In this document: positions 1-9,325 of the stretch, piece by piece
Position numbering within the stretch: the stretch's first letter is position 1
Layout: each line of letters starts with the position of its first letter
NCBI GenBank assembly: GCA_036261255.1
Contig: DATALD010000035.1
Coordinates: forward strand, 683 to 64,682
DNA from: Bacteroidales bacterium
GTDB lineage: Bacteria > Bacteroidota > Bacteroidia > Bacteroidales > VadinHA17
DNA length: 64,000 nucleotides
Direction of reading: 5' to 3'
Position numbers and translations under genes: made by a program
The notes under the pieces: model-generated
Databases searched by the model: none
Seen by the model: only the letters and a program-made list of their open reading frames with translations
Told to the model about the DNA's origin: nothing

Positions 1-48
1 TGTCATTATTAATGAAGACAAAATAATAAAATAAGCTTTTCTTCTCAT
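1..48 (-). CDS. First 16 codons of an ORF directly downstream of the Rhs toxin gene; candidate cognate immunity protein (continues beyond the window)
   Basis: Minus-strand ATG at 46-48, 9 nt after the Rhs stop codon (58-60). Reads MRRKAYFIILSSLIMT, a hydrophobic signal/TM-like start. The call rests on position only. Confidence 0.3.
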   Translation of the reverse strand, partial: MRRKAYFIILSSLIMT

Positions 49-57
49 ATTGAATCT

Positions 58-3000
58 TTAAGGATTATAAAACTTAAGACCCCTGGGAATAACAAAATCG
101 TCATTTGAGAATGGGAAATCATTTTCCAATGCCTTGATAATTCCTAATCTAATTTTGGTCCAACCAGCCGAGTTATTTATATATGGAACATTTCGTAGAA
201 ACAATCTCCCATCTTCATATGCAGCATTATCCGAATATGATTTAAAATTTGGGTAAATTTTGTCCAATCCTAGAAAATAATGAAATGCATGAATCAGCTC
301 ATGTCGAGCAACATAATGAAGTGAAAGATCATTCATTGTAGAATTCGGAGAAATTGATATTTTCACTCCACCAAAATAAGCAGGTTTTGTTACTCCACCA
401 ACGTATACTCGCTCTCCATCCTTAATCCGGTACCAAGCTCCTTTTAACCTATCAAGCATTAAGTATCCGGGCTTTTTCAGGTTTATATCTCTAATGTCCC
501 AGTCGCCTTCTCCATAACCAACTTCATTCTTTATATACGATTCGACATAACTTTCCGACTTCATTGTCCCTGCACTATTTGGGATTCTTTCAGCTTCAGA
601 AATACTTTGTGTTCTAATCAAGCTGGATAAGCCAAATGCAATTGCTCCTGAAAAAGCGGATGCTTTCCAATTTACATTAAAATCGTTTTGATAAGCATAG
701 GAATTAATTCCTGAGTTTATTGCTGTTGACAAGAAAGCTGATGTGCCATCTTTTAATGCGCTTATAAATGGACTGCTCCCTATCGGTATTACATTAACAA
801 GACTACCTACTCCAAGAGTGATTCCAACTTGTATTGCTGAAACACCAATACTTTTGCCAAAACCACACCAATAATTACCACCATCATTTTTTGCAGCATT
901 TCCAGCAATATCAGCTTGCATTAAAGCAAACCCAATAGCCATCCACCAGAATTCTCCACTAGGATCAGTATATTTAAGGGGATTGTTTATACAATAACTA
1001 TACCTGTTAAAGCTCTGAGAGAGATCGGGCATCTGGACATAGGGATCGGGAGAGAGAAATCTTCCCAGGGCAGGATCATATACCCTGCCATTCATGTTTA
1101 TAAGCTCAAACTCCTCGAGGTGCTCGTGGCCTGTAAAACCCCTGTCTGCAAAGAGGTTGTATGTCGCAGGGATTGTCCAGTCAGAAACATCGCGCTTATT
1201 GCCCCAGGCATCGAAGCTTTGCCGTGTTACTGCGCCTGTTGAAGCATCAACAAGCTCTGTCAAAGAACCTAAATGATCAGTAAAGGTATAATATAATTTG
1301 CCTGGATTGGCGCCTTCAATAAAGTAAATTGCACAGATGCCTGTTGGCGAGCTTACAAAAAAGTACTTGTTTGTCGTACTGCCATTGTTTACTTCTTCGT
1401 AGTCGCCAAAAAAGTACTTTGTTATTGTTGTTGAGTTATGTGTATATACTGTTTTCTTCCTTTGTTCATCAATACCATAAGTAAGGACAAGGTTTCTTAA
1501 TGAATTATCAGGAAGTGTGTCGGTTATTGAAAATATCTTGTTAAATGGGGTATATGTAATTAATTGTCTTAAAGGATAGTAGCTTGCATTATCTATTGAT
1601 GTTAGTGCATGAGGCCCATAATTTTCCTCCCCGTAGTTAATATCACCCTGCGACGCTATTTTTGTTTTTCCGGTTATGTTGCCCAGATTATCGTAGTACA
1701 TTGTCCTATCACCGGAGGAGTTATGTGAATTATTGTGATAATATTCAATTGTTGTTAGCCTGTTCAGATTATCGTAAATAAAGACTTCCTTTTGATTTGT
1801 GAGGTTATCAAACCTGAAATTCAGGTTTTTAAGATCATCAAAACCATAGGACATGTTTCTGACACCCGCTGTTGACATACCCTGTAAATCTCCAAATTCA
1901 TTATAAGCCACCGAAGTGTTATATGACCCCTGGTTGAATGATGTGATCTGTCCTAATGCATTCTCAGCAGTTGCCTCCCAAAGGGTATGGCCGGAATCGC
2001 TGATCTTTGTCAGATAACCCTTGTCGTTGTAAGTTTTTGATACCTGGTAGCCGGTAGACCAGTTTTGGTTTTTCATTCTTCCAAATGCATCGTATGTGTA
2101 CCATGTTGTCAGCGCTTTGCTTACTCCGTTTTGCTGTGTTGTCTCCGTCTGGCTTAATAATTGTCCGGTGCCACTATCGTAATTAAAATATATAGTATTA
2201 GATCCATTGTTGTAATTAACAGAATTAGTAACACCCAATAGTGATTGATCGTATGCATATACAGTTGAGACGCCATTAATCTGTTCAGATGTTACTCGTC
2301 CTGCAAGATCGTATTCGTAAGTTGTTACCTGGTTTTTATTATCCTTTGTACTTTTAAGATTGCCCAAAGCCGTATAAACATTAACTATTTTTCCGGCATC
2401 CGGATCATTAATTGTATCGCGATTACCATAGATATCGTACGTAAACTGGGTCTTAAATGTAGATCCATCTATCTGCATCTCTTTTGGCAAACCCGAGGCA
2501 TAATACCTTGTTATAACTTTATTTAAGCCATTGTCAATGCTCTCAATTGTTTCTCCCAGAGAATTTGTCTTCTTTGAAGTTTTCTGGGTATGACCAGTCT
2601 TACCGCTTGTTACTGAAACTTCTCTTACACCATAGCTATATGTTGCAAAACTGCCATCTGCATTCTGCAAACTTGAAACCCTGTTGTAAGCATCATATTC
2701 TGTTGTGTTCCAAAGGGGAGTGGATCCGGAGAAATATGGCAATGATTCCCTCCATGGTCTTTGGGCAAAATCATATAGTTTATCCTGGTTCACGATATTT
2801 CCGGTCAGTCCGATTGTTGAGGTTCTTAGCACTTTACCGAATTTATCATAGTAAGTAGTTACAGGAGCGCTTCCTGATGCTTGTTTTACAGAATAATAAG
2901 TTGATCCCGAAGGTGCAGAAGGATTGTCCCCGGTCCAGAACAGACTCGCCATTTCCTCCATTTTGTCATGATAGATTGTCTTCTTCAATCTGCCGAAACC

Positions 3001-6000
3001 ATCATAGTAGTAATTAGTTACAAAACCATTAATATCAGTCTGACTCTGCAACAAACCTGTCTCATCAGAATAAACGAAAGATTCTGTGTTTTGCAGAACA
3101 TCTGTTTTTGTCAGAGGAAATCTCCCATCTGCAGTGTATATAACTCCTGATGTCCTGGACCGATTATCATATTGATCAAATGAAGCTACTGTTGTAATGG
3201 AAGTGACATTGCCATAATTATCATAAACATAACTTTTCTTCACTTCCTTGGCAGTTCCTCTCTGGGTATATTCATCTTTCAAGGCTCCATTGGTTGAGAA
3301 GTACTCAAAATCAAATTTTCTTGCATAATCACTGACACCTGGTCGAATCTGCCTGGTTCTTTTCTGAGTTAACTGACCAATAAACCATCTTCCATTTGAA
3401 GTGTTATGGGAGTAAGTCAAACTGTCAATTGTTTCAGCTTCCTTAGAATAATGCGACCAGTTTTGTGTGATTATTCTTTCAGGAAGCAAGTAATTCGAGT
3501 ATGACAGTAATTTTTTTACCTGTCGAGTATCGTTTAAAATATCAGTTGATACTATAGAATCAACTAATACATTATAAGTGTTATTTAGGGATTTACTTGA
3601 ATAGTAGTTAATACTGCTTGATACTGCATTATTGTTAATTGACATTGTAAGAGTGTCTGGAAGAAGCTTACATTTTGACCCTTCCAAAAAAATGCTAAAG
3701 TGTTGTCTTGATTGACTTTTTACAGCAACTGTACTATCAATAGTATTGATAGATGAAAAACCTAAAAAACCCTGTCCATTTGTATGCATCAAAGGTTTGT
3801 TAAAACTATAGAAAGTATAATTATTATCTTCTTGGACTTTAGAAATGGTTTTGTTAAAAGTGGAAAGAATAGTGATATTCCTTGAACCATCTGGCAGTTC
3901 CTTTAAAGACTCTTTTCCAATTGGGTAAAAAGCTTTTTCATAAGAAATATCAATATATCTACCTGTACCATTTGTAATGTTATTTATTTGATTAAATCCA
4001 AAACCCTTTGAAACTGAATAAAAGAATGGGTTGCCAATACCAGCAAAACAATCCAAAGTGAAATCTTTATCCGCTTCCCCACAGTATCTCAAATAGTGAT
4101 TGGGGACATTGCTCTGAGTTAATTTCAAGTCAAAACTGGTCCCTTTTGAAATAAATAACATAATTTCCTTGGATGTACTAACACCATTATTCCAAATATT
4201 TCTGGCTTCTAAAATGTCTGATTTGCCATCTTGATTAAAATCAGCTATAGAGTAATCATGTTTGCTTGATAAGTAAGTATTAAGAGATGGAGGCACAATA
4301 GTACTTGTAAATAAAGTATTTCCATTTGATGCAAGTATGTACCAAGTAGTTTGGGAAGTATCAAGGAATAGAATATCATCATTCCCATCCCCATTAAAAT
4401 CCCCAACGAAAAAATTATCAGTTTGATTAGCACCATAGTAAATATATTTACAGTTAAATTTGGCATTGCTCTTTTCGTATTCCCAGAATTCAATTTTATT
4501 TGTTTTCAAGAAAACAAGCTCTTGCTTTGAATTGCCATTTATATCTGAAATAAGATAACTTAGTGAAGAGCCAAAGACAGTGCTGGAACAACCGAAATTA
4601 AACTGCAGACTATTTTCATACGACATATCATTTTTCAATAATAAAAGATCAGGTTTGCCATCTCCTTCAAAATCGGTGTGAACTAAATTTACATCATTAT
4701 AATTGGAATTCCATAGCCTTATTTTTATATCAAGATCAGTTTGCCTTGAAAAGGCACCATTATTATACTCATATCCCCCAAATTTAACATATGGATAACC
4801 CCATGACATTGTAGAATCCTCATTATAAGTGTACTCTGTATGTTCATATTGGAAGTATAATTCGGATTTGCCATCAAGATCATTATCGAATATGTAGTAT
4901 TTTCTATTATCTGGTATGGCTCCTTCTGCCAGAACTGGAAGATTGCTACTTACTGAACCAGGATTAAGAAAAACGGCCCAATTATACTTAATTGAACCAG
5001 TTTTGTAGTAGCCATAAGTAACAAAAAAATCAGTAATACCATCTCCATTGAAATCTCCCGGCGAATGAACAAGATTTGGATAACCATATCCTTCAGCGAT
5101 CCTTTGTGCCAAATGATTTGGATTTTGAAAACTGTATGCATCTGACTTGTTATATGTATAATTTTCTTCAGACCAGTCAAAAACAGTATAATTATATTTT
5201 TCATTGTTTTTGCCTGTAAGCTGGACTTTTTCCAACCTTGAATATGAATCGTTTGTATAAATAAGCGAATATTCTCTTAAGGTTGAGAGTGCACCTCCAA
5301 TATAATTTACTTTTATTGTAGATAGTCTTTTAGTTGTTTTTAATTCCTCTCCAAAGATGTATCCGACAATTAGATCATTCCGATTTTCATAACCAAATTC
5401 AATTTTATAATCACCACCGGCATAAACTATTTCTTTTAAACGATGATTAATTCTTGTGTTCGTTGAGGTTGTCGTTATATTACAGTAATAATCGAATCCT
5501 CGGGATACATCTCCGCTATAAATTGGAGACTGAAAACCGGGATCGTTCCAGTTATAAAATAAAGAATCACCAACATATTGTGTGCCTCCGATCAATTCTG
5601 ATTCGTAAACAAAACTTATCTGGTTACTAAATGGATCGCTTACAGAAGTGAGCATCCATCCCAGCGTTCTAGTCCTGGTTATTGTGGTACTTGAATTCCA
5701 ATTAACATTAGGGTATGGCGTACATAAGTAATAATCTGTACTTTCTTCATTGATAGACATATCCATTCTTGAAGCATAAGTATACTTTTTGCCATCACCA
5801 GTCCACACCTTAAAACTTTCTGGTCCATTCTCATCGAAATTATATGCCATTATTTTTGTTGTATAATCCGATTCTTTGGCATATTCTATACTATCAGCAT
5901 TTGCCTGTGTGGAACCATAAGGATACTTTGTTTTTATGAATAATCTTGCCCCATCGATTGCAAAGACATCTGATTCATCCCATTTGATCTCTTTGGCTTC

Positions 6001-6498
6001 TGAATCATTATAAACAGTTTTTTGGGTTCTGGTGATTGAGGAAAATCCTGCAATATTCCATCCCCATCCTGCAACACCATTTCCAGCCTGGCTGTTATAA
6101 ACAAGAGACACTGATGGAGTCATGCCATTAATACCAGCAGGACATTCGATAGGTATTGAATAAGTGGCAGCACCTGTAGGACTTACATTAAACTGCCCTG
6201 GTATTGCTCCAACCACACCATTGTTATCAACTATTTCACCAACAGTTCCTCCAGGATCACCAGTAATGTTTCCGACTGGCTCAAATAACAACCTTGGATT
6301 AATACTTGCTTTAAAGTTGTTTCCCTGGGTTGCTGAGTATGAAAATCCAGGTTTAAGAGAAATATAATCTCTTGCAATGTATTCCTGTGTGCCGGATTGT
6401 GCTGTGTTAAGGATGTAATGTTCTTGTTGGCCGTTTGCTATGGTGTTTGTCGCAATAAATACAACAATCATAAAAGCTTTTTTGAGATTTTTGAACAT
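58..6498 (-). CDS. Giant secreted SpvB/TcB-like + FG-GAP propeller + YD/Rhs-repeat shell protein with Rhs core and C-terminal HExxH toxin domain (polymorphic toxin, Tc BC-fusion-like)
   Basis: 2146-aa ORF with signal peptide MFKNLKKAFMIVVFIATNTIANG. SpvB-type motif GAATYSIPIECPAGINGMTPSVSLVYNSQAGNGVAGWGWNI. FG-GAP motifs DFNGDG, DFEGDG and DFNQDG. More than 10 YD repeats (YVYDNYGN, YYYDGFGR, FTYDIYGN, YEYDLAGR, YTYDAFGR...). Rhs core GRVYDPALGRFLSPDPY...NNPLKYTDPSGEF, with the DPSGE Asp codon at 964-966. HELIH at 289-303. Confidence 0.92.
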   Translation of the reverse strand: MFKNLKKAFMIVVFIATNTIANGQQEHYILNTAQSGTQEYIARDYISLKPGFSYSATQGNNFKASINPRLLFEPVGNITGDPGGTVGEIVDNNGVVGAIPGQFNVSPTGAATYSIPIECPAGINGMTPSVSLVYNSQAGNGVAGWGWNIAGFSSITRTQKTVYNDSEAKEIKWDESDVFAIDGARLFIKTKYPYGSTQANADSIEYAKESDYTTKIMAYNFDENGPESFKVWTGDGKKYTYASRMDMSINEESTDYYLCTPYPNVNWNSSTTITRTRTLGWMLTSVSDPFSNQISFVYESELIGGTQYVGDSLFYNWNDPGFQSPIYSGDVSRGFDYYCNITTTSTNTRINHRLKEIVYAGGDYKIEFGYENRNDLIVGYIFGEELKTTKRLSTIKVNYIGGALSTLREYSLIYTNDSYSRLEKVQLTGKNNEKYNYTVFDWSEENYTYNKSDAYSFQNPNHLAQRIAEGYGYPNLVHSPGDFNGDGITDFFVTYGYYKTGSIKYNWAVFLNPGSVSSNLPVLAEGAIPDNRKYYIFDNDLDGKSELYFQYEHTEYTYNEDSTMSWGYPYVKFGGYEYNNGAFSRQTDLDIKIRLWNSNYNDVNLVHTDFEGDGKPDLLLLKNDMSYENSLQFNFGCSSTVFGSSLSYLISDINGNSKQELVFLKTNKIEFWEYEKSNAKFNCKYIYYGANQTDNFFVGDFNGDGNDDILFLDTSQTTWYILASNGNTLFTSTIVPPSLNTYLSSKHDYSIADFNQDGKSDILEARNIWNNGVSTSKEIMLFISKGTSFDLKLTQSNVPNHYLRYCGEADKDFTLDCFAGIGNPFFYSVSKGFGFNQINNITNGTGRYIDISYEKAFYPIGKESLKELPDGSRNITILSTFNKTISKVQEDNNYTFYSFNKPLMHTNGQGFLGFSSINTIDSTVAVKSQSRQHFSIFLEGSKCKLLPDTLTMSINNNAVSSSINYYSSKSLNNTYNVLVDSIVSTDILNDTRQVKKLLSYSNYLLPERIITQNWSHYSKEAETIDSLTYSHNTSNGRWFIGQLTQKRTRQIRPGVSDYARKFDFEYFSTNGALKDEYTQRGTAKEVKKSYVYDNYGNVTSITTVASFDQYDNRSRTSGVIYTADGRFPLTKTDVLQNTESFVYSDETGLLQSQTDINGFVTNYYYDGFGRLKKTIYHDKMEEMASLFWTGDNPSAPSGSTYYSVKQASGSAPVTTYYDKFGKVLRTSTIGLTGNIVNQDKLYDFAQRPWRESLPYFSGSTPLWNTTEYDAYNRVSSLQNADGSFATYSYGVREVSVTSGKTGHTQKTSKKTNSLGETIESIDNGLNKVITRYYASGLPKEMQIDGSTFKTQFTYDIYGNRDTINDPDAGKIVNVYTALGNLKSTKDNKNQVTTYEYDLAGRVTSEQINGVSTVYAYDQSLLGVTNSVNYNNGSNTIYFNYDSGTGQLLSQTETTQQNGVSKALTTWYTYDAFGRMKNQNWSTGYQVSKTYNDKGYLTKISDSGHTLWEATAENALGQITSFNQGSYNTSVAYNEFGDLQGMSTAGVRNMSYGFDDLKNLNFRFDNLTNQKEVFIYDNLNRLTTIEYYHNNSHNSSGDRTMYYDNLGNITGKTKIASQGDINYGEENYGPHALTSIDNASYYPLRQLITYTPFNKIFSITDTLPDNSLRNLVLTYGIDEQRKKTVYTHNSTTITKYFFGDYEEVNNGSTTNKYFFVSSPTGICAIYFIEGANPGKLYYTFTDHLGSLTELVDASTGAVTRQSFDAWGNKRDVSDWTIPATYNLFADRGFTGHEHLEEFELINMNGRVYDPALGRFLSPDPYVQMPDLSQSFNRYSYCINNPLKYTDPSGEFWWMAIGFALMQADIAGNAAKNDGGNYWCGFGKSIGVSAIQVGITLGVGSLVNVIPIGSSPFISALKDGTSAFLSTAINSGINSYAYQNDFNVNWKASAFSGAIAFGLSSLIRTQSISEAERIPNSAGTMKSESYVESYIKNEVGYGEGDWDIRDINLKKPGYLMLDRLKGAWYRIKDGERVYVGGVTKPAYFGGVKISISPNSTMNDLSLHYVARHELIHAFHYFLGLDKIYPNFKSYSDNAAYEDGRLFLRNVPYINNSAGWTKIRLGIIKALENDFPFSNDDFVIPRGLKFYNP

Positions 6499-6533
6499 GG
6501 CTTCTGGATATGGATGGGTTAGGTTATTTCTTA

Positions 6534-7004
6534 TTAATTTTTTACAATCCTGTAGTTATAAATACTGCCATTAATCCCGATAATAAGTATATATACACCA
6601 TTGCTCAGATCGGTGAGATTGAGCTCGGTTTCAGGCAGAATTGCTTTTACTTCTTTTAATTGTGTACCGCCAAGATTAAAAACCTGGCATCGTCCATTGG
6701 AGGAAAGAGAAAATTTCTCAAATACTATTTTCAACATTCCGCTTGTAGGGTTTGGGTATATCTTAATGCTCTCCGCTTCAGGTATTGCAAGCTCCTGCTC
6801 ATCCTCCTGTGTTTTTATTTCTTTTTCATCAAGAGGAAAACTTACTTCACCTTTTGGCATGTCAGTGACAGAAAGAACCCTCGACTCTCTGTTTCCGTTA
6901 TCATCGTAGGTATAAGTGATCCTGTTGCTCTGAGCAATGAGGTTATTGCCAATAAAGATTGCCAGGATCACTGTTGTCAGGTAAGTAGATAGGTTAGTTT
7001 TCAT
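6534..7004 (-). CDS. Small secreted protein: signal peptide + single YD repeat + acidic linker + T9SS (Por) C-terminal sorting domain
   Basis: 156 aa. Signal-like N-terminus LTTVILAIFIGNNLIAQ. YD repeat ITYTYDDNGNRESR. C-terminal IKIYPNPTSGMLKI...LSNGVYILIIGINGSIYNYRIVKN matches the T9SS CTD pattern (YPNP, G.Y motif, basic end). Confidence 0.8.
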   Translation of the reverse strand: MKTNLSTYLTTVILAIFIGNNLIAQSNRITYTYDDNGNRESRVLSVTDMPKGEVSFPLDEKEIKTQEDEQELAIPEAESIKIYPNPTSGMLKIVFEKFSLSSNGRCQVFNLGGTQLKEVKAILPETELNLTDLSNGVYILIIGINGSIYNYRIVKN

Positions 7005-7005
7005 A

Positions 7006-7335
7006 TCAGTTGTTTTTTTCGGCTTCGAGTATTTCGATTTTTTTGTTCAGTTCGATTATGTATAGGGTTAGTTCTTCAATTTTCTGCAGCATTTTTGTCT
7101 GCATCTCGCTAACACTCATTCCATCTGTCTGCATTTCATATGCTGATGCAACATCAGGAAGATGTTTGTTTTCTTCAATGTATTTCTCAACTTCAGCCAG
7201 TTCGGGGAGGTTGTATCCGGGATCGAAGACAAAATCGGCGCCGGAGGTGTTTACGACTATTTCGTCAGCGCGGATTTTACCAGAAACGTTTAACCTGTAG
7301 TTACCAGGATCTGTTGTTCCAATACCAACATTCCC
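7006..7335 (-). repeat. Copy 1 of the conserved 3' coding module of the fibre-like family
   Basis: Last 109 codons of P1, from GNVGIGTTDP to the stop. Clear nucleotide-level similarity to the other four copies. Confidence 0.85.
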
Positions 7336-7833
7336 ATCATCCGTTATTCTCAATCTTTCAGAGTACCCCCCCGTATGGAATGCAAAATATCCATTACGTG
7401 TATAGAATCTGGTGTTAACAGAAGCCTGTGTATTATATCTATCAATAAACTCAAAATAATTATCTGTCCCAGGATGATATTCCATACCTCCTCCAGAGGC
7501 ATATACATGAAATTTGGTATTTGGGGAGCTGGTACCTATCCCAACATTTCCATTCGACTGTATCGCGAATTTTATATCCTGATAATCACCTTTACTAACT
7601 ATCCAGTCCTGGAGAAGATTACCAAAAAACCAGTTATCACTACCATCAAGAAACTTTGTTTGTATTCCCTGTATAAAACCTCCTACGTTGGTGTTTCTCT
7701 GCAAAATCAGGTTTGGTGACCAATCTGCAATTCTAACTGGACCGGCCAGAGGATAGTCGTTATTCAATTGAGCAGCCAGGGCAGCAGGCAGGATCATAAA
7801 CAAAACGAGTAGGTATTTTTTCATATAAGTCAT
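7006..7833 (-). CDS. Secreted fibre-like paralog P1 (GNVGIGT repeats + conserved C-terminal coiled-coil module); function unknown
   Basis: 275 aa with a signal peptide. Two GNVGIGT(S/T)xP motifs. C-terminal IRADEIVVNTSGADFVFDPGYNLPELAEVEKYIEENKHLPDV...MQTKMLQKIEELTLYIIE is shared with four neighbours. Its start overlaps the P2 stop by 4 nt if M1 is used. Confidence 0.8.
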   Translation of the reverse strand: MTYMKKYLLVLFMILPAALAAQLNNDYPLAGPVRIADWSPNLILQRNTNVGGFIQGIQTKFLDGSDNWFFGNLLQDWIVSKGDYQDIKFAIQSNGNVGIGTSSPNTKFHVYASGGGMEYHPGTDNYFEFIDRYNTQASVNTRFYTRNGYFAFHTGGYSERLRITDDGNVGIGTTDPGNYRLNVSGKIRADEIVVNTSGADFVFDPGYNLPELAEVEKYIEENKHLPDVASAYEMQTDGMSVSEMQTKMLQKIEELTLYIIELNKKIEILEAEKNN

Positions 7834-8177
7834 GGATTAACCGGTTCGTATTCTTTCAATTTTTCTTCAAGAAGCTTTATTCTCTTTTCCTGATCGATTA
7901 TGTAAAGAGTCATTTCTTCCATTTTCTGCAGGAGCTTTGTCTGCATCTCGCTCACATTCATCCCTTCTGACTGCATTTCAGAGGCATGCGCAACATCAGG
8001 AAGGCGTCTGTTTTCTTTTATGAAGTTTTCAACTTCAGCCAGATCTGGGAGGTTGTATTCTGGATCGAAGACGAAATCGGCGCCGGAGGTGTTTACAATG
8101 ATTTCATTAGCACGGATATTACCGGAGACGTTTAGTTTATATACACCAGGATCAGAGGTTCCAATTCCAACATTGCC
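7830..8177 (-). repeat. Copy 2 of the conserved 3' module
   Basis: Last 115 codons of P2. Confidence 0.85.
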
Positions 8178-8978
8178 AACAGTGTTTATTCTGAGTCTCT
8201 CAGTCCCATTAGTACCAAGTGTTAGAAATCCTCCATCAACACTTCCTCCCCGATAAAAACTAATAAATCCATTATTACGATTGTCATAGAACTGTTGTGT
8301 TATTCTAAAAGTTTCACAATTAGCTGGTGAAGTTGAACCACTACTAAAAATCAATTTATTATCTTCGGAGCTTGTTGCAAGGATGGCTGCATCAGAATTT
8401 GGCCCATTATTTATATGGAGTTTTGTTATGGGTGTTGTTGTACCAATCCCCACCTTCCCATCATAATTCCATAATCCATTTCCGGGAAGATTAACAACAC
8501 CGGCAAAATTGTTCTGATAATCAACTGTAATAGTGTTGTTACCATAAACTTGTTCGTCAACAATAGACCAACCTTCAAACCATGCAGGTAATTCGGAAAA
8601 CCCACTTGCAAATACTCTTACATTGAATCGTTGAAAATATCCCCTTTCATCAATGAAAATAACTACTTTGCCTTCTTCTGTTGTAAGCTTGACAGTAGGT
8701 GTCCAACCACCCCAGGAGGATAGTTTTGGCGCATAGAAGATATTATCATATGTATAATAATTTAAGGTTAATCCAATTGAAGATTGACCCCCATAATTAT
8801 AACCTTCAAAAATTATAGTAGGCATCTGGCTTGAATTAATAAAAGGCAGGTTTGTTTTAATCTTAACGCCATATGAAGGTGTTCCATTATACGCATAACT
8901 TACCGGATTGTATACCTGTGAGAGGGAGATCGCATAAGAAATTTGAATTGCAATGAGGAATGAAATAATCTTTTTCAT
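7830..8978 (-). CDS. Secreted fibre-like paralog P2
   Basis: 382 aa with a signal peptide. Unique N-terminal ~170 aa, then GKVGIGTTTP and GNVGIGTSDP motifs and the shared C-terminal module. Confidence 0.8.
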   Translation of the reverse strand: MKKIISFLIAIQISYAISLSQVYNPVSYAYNGTPSYGVKIKTNLPFINSSQMPTIIFEGYNYGGQSSIGLTLNYYTYDNIFYAPKLSSWGGWTPTVKLTTEEGKVVIFIDERGYFQRFNVRVFASGFSELPAWFEGWSIVDEQVYGNNTITVDYQNNFAGVVNLPGNGLWNYDGKVGIGTTTPITKLHINNGPNSDAAILATSSEDNKLIFSSGSTSPANCETFRITQQFYDNRNNGFISFYRGGSVDGGFLTLGTNGTERLRINTVGNVGIGTSDPGVYKLNVSGNIRANEIIVNTSGADFVFDPEYNLPDLAEVENFIKENRRLPDVAHASEMQSEGMNVSEMQTKLLQKMEEMTLYIIDQEKRIKLLEEKLKEYEPVNP

Positions 8979-8986
8979 GGTAGCTC

Positions 8987-9325
8987 TTATAATTCAGTTT
9001 GGTTGTGTTTCATCTCAAGATCGTTAATCCTTTTATCCTGTTCAATGATGTAAAGTGTAAGTTCCTCAATCTTCTGCAACAGCTTTGTCTGCATCTCACT
9101 CATGCTCATGCCATCTGTCTTCATTTCTTCAGCCGAAGGAATATCTGGAAGATGATCGTTTTCATTTATGTATTTCTCTACTTCAGAGAGATCGGATAGT
9201 TTATATTCCGGCTGAAATACAAAATCAGCGCCTTCAGTATTTACAACGATTTCATCGGCACGGATTTTTCCGGAAACATTAAGTCTGTAATTTCCGGGAG
9301 CTGTGTTACCTATTCCAATGTTTCC
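8987..9325 (-). repeat. Copy 3 of the conserved 3' module
   Basis: Last 112 codons of P3. The most diverged copy. Confidence 0.85.

Noticed and set aside
1094-6367. Short ORFs on both strands inside the 6.4-kb Rhs gene (for example 1094-1276, 2547-2858, 4245-4493, 4950-5204, 6164-6367).
   Set aside because: They are fully embedded in a continuous 2146-codon ORF that has family motifs along its whole length, and their own composition is low-complexity.
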